DNA from: a virus
Taxonomy: Duplodnaviria > Caudoviricetes
Length of the DNA stretch: 58,597 bases
IMG/VR virus record: IMGVR_UViG_3300017903_001733
Span: 1-58,597 of that record
Direction: 5' to 3' (one strand)
Positions 53,163 through 58,597 of the stretch are shown piece by piece (position 1 is the first letter of the stretch; every line of letters begins with the position of its first letter). Position numbers and translations under genes: made by a program. The notes beneath the pieces are model-generated. The model did no database searches. It worked only from the letters and a program-made list of their open reading frames with translations, and was not told where the DNA came from.

Positions 53163-53924
53163 TTATCCTCTAAAGTTCGATATATCGTTGTAAGTAACAG
53201 TATGTTTGGAGTAATAAAAACTTGCTGTCACTTTAGTTGCTTGAGATGTACCTGCTGACAGAGGCACAGCGTCAATAGAATAAGGATAGCAATCAAGCAT
53301 AGTATATGTCATTGATGCTCTAGAGTTAGAAGCATTTACTCCCTTCTCTGCCTTGGTGATTAAACACTTACCCAAGTATTGTTCTGGGTAGTTTAGTCTG
53401 ATAGATCTCTTCTCCTGAATAGCGTTACCACCACCCGCTTCGTTCTTGAGAGCCTCAAGATTACCACTTTCTAAATTGTTGTTGGTAACTAACTCAGACT
53501 TGTTCTCCAAATACTCTCCGAAGATAGTATTATACCACACATTCAGGAATTTTAGTGGAGTCATGTCAGCATCACAAATCCATCCCAGTTGGAAGTCAGT
53601 GAACACCCTAGTATGTGGGTAACTAACCTGACCTTCACCTAGTAGAACACCACTCGTCTGTCCTGTTTGTGCAGAGATGTTAGGAAGTTGTGCCTCGTCA
53701 CAGAATAACTTGACAATGTTTCCTCTATCACCAGCGAGTGTTCCACCACCTGCTATTGCTACAGCACCTCCAAGGGTTGATTGAATACCAACCTCCTTGA
53801 GATTCTTAACCAATAACGACTCTCCATTATTAACAGTTGGAAAAATCCATTCAATATCATAGGTGTTACTATAAGAGAGACCCCCGCTCTTGACGATGAG
53901 GTCCATAAAGTTCTTTACTGACAC
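53163..53924 (-). CDS. baseplate-tail tube initiator (gp54/gp19-like)
   Basis: C.EA.LP...., PH.R.F.D..L.W..D, F...W, YP..I..V.LS motifs; GTG start; late promoter upstream. Confidence 0.7.
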   Translation of the reverse strand: MSVKNFMDLIVKSGGLSYSNTYDIEWIFPTVNNGESLLVKNLKEVGIQSTLGGAVAIAGGGTLAGDRGNIVKLFCDEAQLPNISAQTGQTSGVLLGEGQVSYPHTRVFTDFQLGWICDADMTPLKFLNVWYNTIFGEYLENKSELVTNNNLESGNLEALKNEAGGGNAIQEKRSIRLNYPEQYLGKCLITKAEKGVNASNSRASMTYTMLDCYPYSIDAVPLSAGTSQATKVTASFYYSKHTVTYNDISNFRG

Positions 53925-53925
53925 G

Positions 53926-53952
53926 CTAAATAATTGTGGTGGTATATTTATA
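53926..53952. promoter_or_regulatory. face-to-face late promoters
   Basis: + strand CTAAATA 53926-53932; - strand TATAAATA 53945-53952. Confidence 0.7.
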
Positions 53953-53955
53953 TTT

Positions 53956-54393
53956 ATGGCATATTCAGGGATCTATAAACCCAAGCATCCACAGAAGTAT
54001 AAAGGTAACCCTACCCGTATTATTTTTAGAAGTCTGTGGGAAAGAAAGTTTATGTATTTCTGTGACATGAACACCTCCATAGTTGAGTGGGGTAGCGAGG
54101 AAGTTATCATTCCTTATCGTTGTCCAACGGACGGGCGAATCCACCGCTACTATCCTGACTTTTATATTAAAGTCGTGTCTAAGTCAGGTATGATCAGTAA
54201 ATATCTGATCGAAGTTAAACCCAAGAAACAAACACAAGCACCGAATGAGAATCCAAAACGTAAGACTGCCTCTTGGAAGAGGGAAGTCCTAACTTACGCT
54301 AAGAACCGCGCTAAGTGGTCCGCAGCGGAGGACTTCTGTGAGGACAGGCAGATGAAATTTTTAATCCTCACCGAAGAGCACTTAGGAGTCTAA
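53956..54393 (+). CDS. gp4: head completion nuclease gp4
   Basis: MAYSG.YKP..P.KY.G....I..RS.WE, W.SEE..IPY, HRY.PDF, IEVKP, N.AKW.AA. Confidence 0.93.
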   Translation: MAYSGIYKPKHPQKYKGNPTRIIFRSLWERKFMYFCDMNTSIVEWGSEEVIIPYRCPTDGRIHRYYPDFYIKVVSKSGMISKYLIEVKPKKQTQAPNENPKRKTASWKREVLTYAKNRAKWSAAEDFCEDRQMKFLILTEEHLGV

Positions 54394-54394
54394 A

Positions 54395-55027
54395 ATGGCA
54401 CAAGGATTTGGTTCAATCCAACGCACCAAGACTTATAACAAATCAAACACATTGTTTGAAAAGGTTAGCAACATGACAGATGGAGAGAAGAAGTCTCTCT
54501 CATGGTATAGATCTGCTGTCAAACAAGTTGCATCAAGTTACAAAAAAGATCTGAGCAAGTTCATTAGAGACGAGCGACAAACAAATGAAGATGAGAATAC
54601 TCTCCGTCGATACACAAAGGAGGGTCACTTGTATATGTTTGAGTACAAAGCGAAGATGAAATACCTACCATACTATGATAGGAATCCTCTGGTCTATGTA
54701 ATAAAAGCATCGCCAACAGAATTCTTTGGAGCAAACCTACACTATATGAATCCAAAGAAAAGAATTATGGCAGTGAAGAGATTGATGGAAGGACGAATAG
54801 ACATTCCTAAGAAGTGCTTCCATAAATACCTACAGAATCATGTAGATGGTCTACTACTTGACCTATCAATAGATGAGTGGGACACCGCCATCTTACTACC
54901 AACTGAAGACTTCGTTAAAAACATTGGGTCAACTGCATTCCCTTACGACAAAGAGCTTGTATGGGAAGAGACTAGTGAATCTTACTATGACAAAATCAAA
55001 GGACGCCGCGTCGTTAAGAGTTACTAA
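54395..55027 (+). CDS. gp2: DNA end protector protein gp2
   Basis: G.LYMF.Y.AK..LPYYD..PLV, G.NLHY, HKYL..HV. Confidence 0.88.
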   Translation: MAQGFGSIQRTKTYNKSNTLFEKVSNMTDGEKKSLSWYRSAVKQVASSYKKDLSKFIRDERQTNEDENTLRRYTKEGHLYMFEYKAKMKYLPYYDRNPLVYVIKASPTEFFGANLHYMNPKKRIMAVKRLMEGRIDIPKKCFHKYLQNHVDGLLLDLSIDEWDTAILLPTEDFVKNIGSTAFPYDKELVWEETSESYYDKIKGRRVVKSY

Positions 55028-56040
55028 TGGCAGAAAAAGTATCATACAATTTTGTTGGGAAAAGGAATCAAGATCCTACTAATAAACAGCGTCTTGAATT
55101 TCCTCAAGGGAGGCTGTATGACAATCACACAGACTATGTGAGATTCAATTTTGTAAAGTACAAACCTCCCTTTGCTTCTCTAAAAGGCAATCAATACATT
55201 GCTGATGATGGCAAACCCAAAGATGGTGCTAAAGCGATAAACATCTACAACAATAGCATCGGAGAGTTCCAGTCTGCTGGACTCCCTAAAGTCTTCATGT
55301 ATATGCCTGAAGATCTGGGTGCTGAGTATGGTGCAGAGTGGGGCGGCAAAGGTTTCACCAACACTGGTGCTGATATCATGCGTGTTGCAGGTGCTGCTGT
55401 CAATGCTCAAGGTGTTGGTGCTGCAATTGGTACTGTCGGACAGGCGTTCGGAAACTTCATGCAACGTGGACCAGCACTAGTTGCTAGTGGAATCACAGAA
55501 GCAATGAGTAAACTACCAGGCAAAGTTGGTGGTGATGTTGGTATTAATGATGTTCTAGGTGGTATCGGTGGTGTAATTCTCAACCCGAATACAGAATTAT
55601 TGTTCAGTGCTTTTGACCTGAGGACATTTGGTCTCAACTTTAAGATGTCTCCCAAGAGTCAGAAAGAAGCAAAGCATATTCGTGACATCTGCACCACATT
55701 TAAACGTGCAGCACTCCCTAGACTAGGTGCATCTCCTGCTAATAGTTTGAACAATGTGTTCGGAGGTGAAGCAGGTGCAGAAGAGAACAACAATAGAAAC
55801 TTTATTGGTGTTCCTAACCTGTGTATTGTAGAGTTTATGAAGGGTCCAGATGTTCATCCATATCTTACCCAGTTTAAACCATGTGCTATCACAAATGTAT
55901 CGGTATCCTATACACCTGATGGCAACTACGCTACGTTTGAAGATGGATCTCCTGTTGCTACTCAACTAACGTTGCAGTTCACGGAGTCCAAACTTGTATA
56001 CAGCAACGAAATTTCATACGGAGATCAAGGTTCATACTAA
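55027..56040 (+). CDS. gp48: baseplate tail tube cap gp48
   Basis: MYMP, NPN.ELLF....LRTF...FKM.PKS..EA..I..I...FK, C.IT.V.V.YTPDG, L.L.F.E. Confidence 0.88.
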   Translation: MAEKVSYNFVGKRNQDPTNKQRLEFPQGRLYDNHTDYVRFNFVKYKPPFASLKGNQYIADDGKPKDGAKAINIYNNSIGEFQSAGLPKVFMYMPEDLGAEYGAEWGGKGFTNTGADIMRVAGAAVNAQGVGAAIGTVGQAFGNFMQRGPALVASGITEAMSKLPGKVGGDVGINDVLGGIGGVILNPNTELLFSAFDLRTFGLNFKMSPKSQKEAKHIRDICTTFKRAALPRLGASPANSLNNVFGGEAGAEENNNRNFIGVPNLCIVEFMKGPDVHPYLTQFKPCAITNVSVSYTPDGNYATFEDGSPVATQLTLQFTESKLVYSNEISYGDQGSY

Positions 56041-58055
56041 TGCCATACTTTAACTACCTGCCAGACATTAAATATGATACTAAACCTATCAGTTATCCGT
56101 TCTCGGAATCTGAATATGTTGTAGCGAAAAATTTCTTTCGTAGATTTAAAATCACTGAAGAGTTTGAACAGTATGCCGTCTTCTTTAAGAGGTATAGTGT
56201 CGGTGACTTCGAGGCACCATGGCAGGTAGCAGACGCAGCATATGGCGATCCTAAAAAAGATTGGGTGATCCTATTAACAAACAATGTATTCAATCCATTG
56301 TTTGATTGGCCAATGGATTCATACACCCTAAGAAAATACATTGAAGGTAAGTATGATGATCCCTATTCAGAAATTGTACACTATAAGACAAGAGAACATA
56401 AAGATAGCAATGGTGTAGTAGTACAGAGGGCAGGGTTAATTGTAGATGAGAAATTCTATAACTCTCCAGAGTATATCATTGATACTACATCTGATTTACC
56501 ACAAGAAAATGTTCCCAGACAAGCAGTAGTCTCTATATACACCAACTCTTATACTCTCACAGGAGTAATTCTATCAAACTTTGGATCTGGATATGAAAGC
56601 GTACCAAGTGTAGAAATTATTGGTACAGGAACTGGTGCAACTGCAAGTGCAAGTATTGCAACTACTGGTTCTATCAAACGTATTGATATTACCAATACAG
56701 GTAGTGGATATGAATATCCTCCATACGTAACATTAGGTGGTGGGTTGGCAGGACAATCTGCAACAGCAATTCTTACTAATGGTTCTGTGTCTGATATTAG
56801 ATTAGATGGTATCAAGTATGATACTACAGATGCTAGTCAGATCTATGAGTTCGGTGGTGGTACATCAATTGCTCCCAACGGAACAGGTCTCGGATCCACT
56901 GGCGGTTTTGATATTGGTGGTACTCACTTACGCTTCGGTGATTCTAGTGGCACACGTTTCGTAACCCTGAACCCTGTTAATGCTAGTGCTATCAATCAAG
57001 TTAGAGTCTATGCTATCCGTGGTAATGGATCTAATGGTGGTGAAACACCAGACGTTGCTGGCGTTGAAGATCTTAGAATTCAATATCAAGCAACAGCAGT
57101 TGGAGATCCCCCTGATAATAGTGCTTGGGTAGACCTTGGTATTGTTATTGAAGCAGTTGATAATGGAACTGGTACTGGTGTTCTGGAAAATTATGACTTT
57201 AATCTTGGGTCAGAAGTACAACAAGAACATGTTTATTTCAGACTATATCAGGAAGATAATAGTGGATCAGACTACGACCACTATGGTATCTTAAGTGTCA
57301 ACTTCATCGGTGCTACTGCTACCAACGTTGCACCATCTACTATCACAATAACACCAAATAATTTACAGAATGGTCCAGTAGTAGATGCAACTGCTGAAGT
57401 AATTCTTAGTAGATCACTATCACTAATTGCTCTTACATCTCCTGGCACAGGTTATGCACAAGATGCTTCTGTCTCAATCACAGGTGGCAATCCCGACACA
57501 CCTGCACAAGCAAATCCTATATTGAAAAGAGAATTCAAAGCATCTGTTGTTGATCCAGGCAATGCATATAACACTGCAACAGTATCATTTACAGGTGGTG
57601 GTCCTAGTAATAATGGTGGAGTTGCTGCTGATGTTAACCTTAGCAACGGCAGAGTAGTTGGTTTAACCTTTACTGATTTTGGTACAGGATATAGCGATGC
57701 TCCAGCAGCAACTATTAGTGCTCCTGATGCTCCAGTACAATTCTCTATTGGTCAAGGTTATACCCAAGGAAATACTACATGGAGATGGACTGGTACTGCT
57801 TGGGAGAGACAAGTAACATCTGGATTAAGATACTATGACACTGGACTCAATTCTGTTCAAGGTGTCCCTGGTAATGTAGTTTCATATCCTGTAACTGCAT
57901 ATGAATATGAGGAAGAAAAGAACGAGAAGTCCAGAGAGATCTTCTTACTTAAACCAAAGTATCTTGATGCTTTCATTGATCAGTTCCGTCAAGCAAACAG
58001 ATATAAAGACTCTACTGATACTATCAGCAGCAGACTGAAGAAGACTGGAATCTGA
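56040..58055 (+). CDS. gp53: baseplate wedge protein gp53 with large internal insertion
   Basis: YF...P...Y, N.FRR, YGDP..DWVILL.N...P..DWP; C-terminal VT.YEYE...NE..R.I.LLKP.Y. Confidence 0.87.
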   Translation: MPYFNYLPDIKYDTKPISYPFSESEYVVAKNFFRRFKITEEFEQYAVFFKRYSVGDFEAPWQVADAAYGDPKKDWVILLTNNVFNPLFDWPMDSYTLRKYIEGKYDDPYSEIVHYKTREHKDSNGVVVQRAGLIVDEKFYNSPEYIIDTTSDLPQENVPRQAVVSIYTNSYTLTGVILSNFGSGYESVPSVEIIGTGTGATASASIATTGSIKRIDITNTGSGYEYPPYVTLGGGLAGQSATAILTNGSVSDIRLDGIKYDTTDASQIYEFGGGTSIAPNGTGLGSTGGFDIGGTHLRFGDSSGTRFVTLNPVNASAINQVRVYAIRGNGSNGGETPDVAGVEDLRIQYQATAVGDPPDNSAWVDLGIVIEAVDNGTGTGVLENYDFNLGSEVQQEHVYFRLYQEDNSGSDYDHYGILSVNFIGATATNVAPSTITITPNNLQNGPVVDATAEVILSRSLSLIALTSPGTGYAQDASVSITGGNPDTPAQANPILKREFKASVVDPGNAYNTATVSFTGGGPSNNGGVAADVNLSNGRVVGLTFTDFGTGYSDAPAATISAPDAPVQFSIGQGYTQGNTTWRWTGTAWERQVTSGLRYYDTGLNSVQGVPGNVVSYPVTAYEYEEEKNEKSREIFLLKPKYLDAFIDQFRQANRYKDSTDTISSRLKKTGI

Positions 58056-58110
58056 TCGACTTTTTTGCATAAAAAATGGCGGGAAAAATTTTTCCCCGCC
58101 AAGATAATCA
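58056..58110 (+). repeat. 55-bp spaced element, copy 3
   Basis: TCGACTTTTTT..TGGCGG(58077)..TAATCA(58105). Confidence 0.85.
58071..58101 (-). terminator. intrinsic terminator for pstS (between convergent genes)
   Basis: TGGCGGG...CCCGCCA hairpin followed by TTTTTT on the minus strand. Confidence 0.7.
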
Positions 58111-58121
58111 GTTATTCAATT

Positions 58122-58597
58122 TCACTTCAAAGATTCAGTAGCAGCGAGTGCTTTCTGACGAAGTGACTCAGGAAGAGGAACATAACCAAGGGAGTCTGCT
58201 TTCTGTTGCTGAGTAGGTGTCAGCATCCAGCGAAGCATGTCCTTCACATCATCATTCTTTTCATACTCAGGGTATGCCAGGATCCAAGTCAAGGAGACGA
58301 TAGGATAGGCATTAGCGCCAGAAGGGTTAGCATCAGCACCACGCAGTTGATCATCAAGAACGATCTCACCAAGACCAGCAGATGCAGTCGAAGCAGAAGC
58401 GGTGACATAATTACCTGCCTTGTTCTGAATAGCAACCTGTTGCAGGTCACCCTTCACATAACCATAGTTCACATAACCAATGCTACCAGGGGTGTTAGTG
58501 ATAGTAGCAGCGACACCGATGTTACCCTTAGATCCAACGCCAACTGGCCACTTCACAGACTTACCTGTGCCGACTGTTTTCTTCCACTCAGGAGAGA
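58122..58597 (-). CDS. pstS: phosphate ABC transporter substrate-binding protein (3' part; start outside window)
   Basis: GKSVKWPVGVG.KGN.GVA......GSIGYV, NP.G..AYPIV.LTWIL, LGYVPLP. Confidence 0.95.
   Translation of the reverse strand, partial: SPEWKKTVGTGKSVKWPVGVGSKGNIGVAATITNTPGSIGYVNYGYVKGDLQQVAIQNKAGNYVTASASTASAGLGEIVLDDQLRGADANPSGANAYPIVSLTWILAYPEYEKNDDVKDMLRWMLTPTQQQKADSLGYVPLPESLRQKALAATESLK

Noticed and set aside
56520-57800. gp53 insert as an intein or intron
   Set aside because: No intein terminal (C/S...HN) or LAGLIDADG motifs; composition matches virion beta-repeats

Overview
Fragment of a T4-like marine cyanomyovirus genome (Kyanoviridae-type, probably infecting Synechococcus). 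This call rests on T4-type baseplate genes, TATAAATA late promoters and the host-like genes cpeT, pstS and a CP12-like gene. Bases 1-12.2 kb form a minus-strand early region of small hypothetical genes. It is punctuated by about 10 copies of a semi-palindromic promoter element and includes a putative origin-like intergenic region with three cyanobacterial DnaA boxes, a GIY-YIG nuclease plus m6A methyltransferase pair, and an SF2 helicase. Bases 12.2-39 kb hold a tail-fibre module with a 4314-aa fibre, collar proteins and 2OG-Fe(II) oxygenases. Bases 39-42 kb hold five tRNAs, a structured ncRNA candidate and cpeT. Bases 42-58 kb hold the baseplate/tail cluster (gp5, gp27-like, two paralogous muralytic proteins, gp51, gp26, gp54-like, gp4, gp2, gp48, gp53), followed by the 3' end of pstS. 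The top leads are a predicted -1 frameshift fusing gp26 to gp51, a candidate phage-encoded type II R-M cassette, a 55-bp fixed-spacing intergenic element in three copies, and the DnaA-box cluster. All calls come from reading motifs by eye; no database searches were run.
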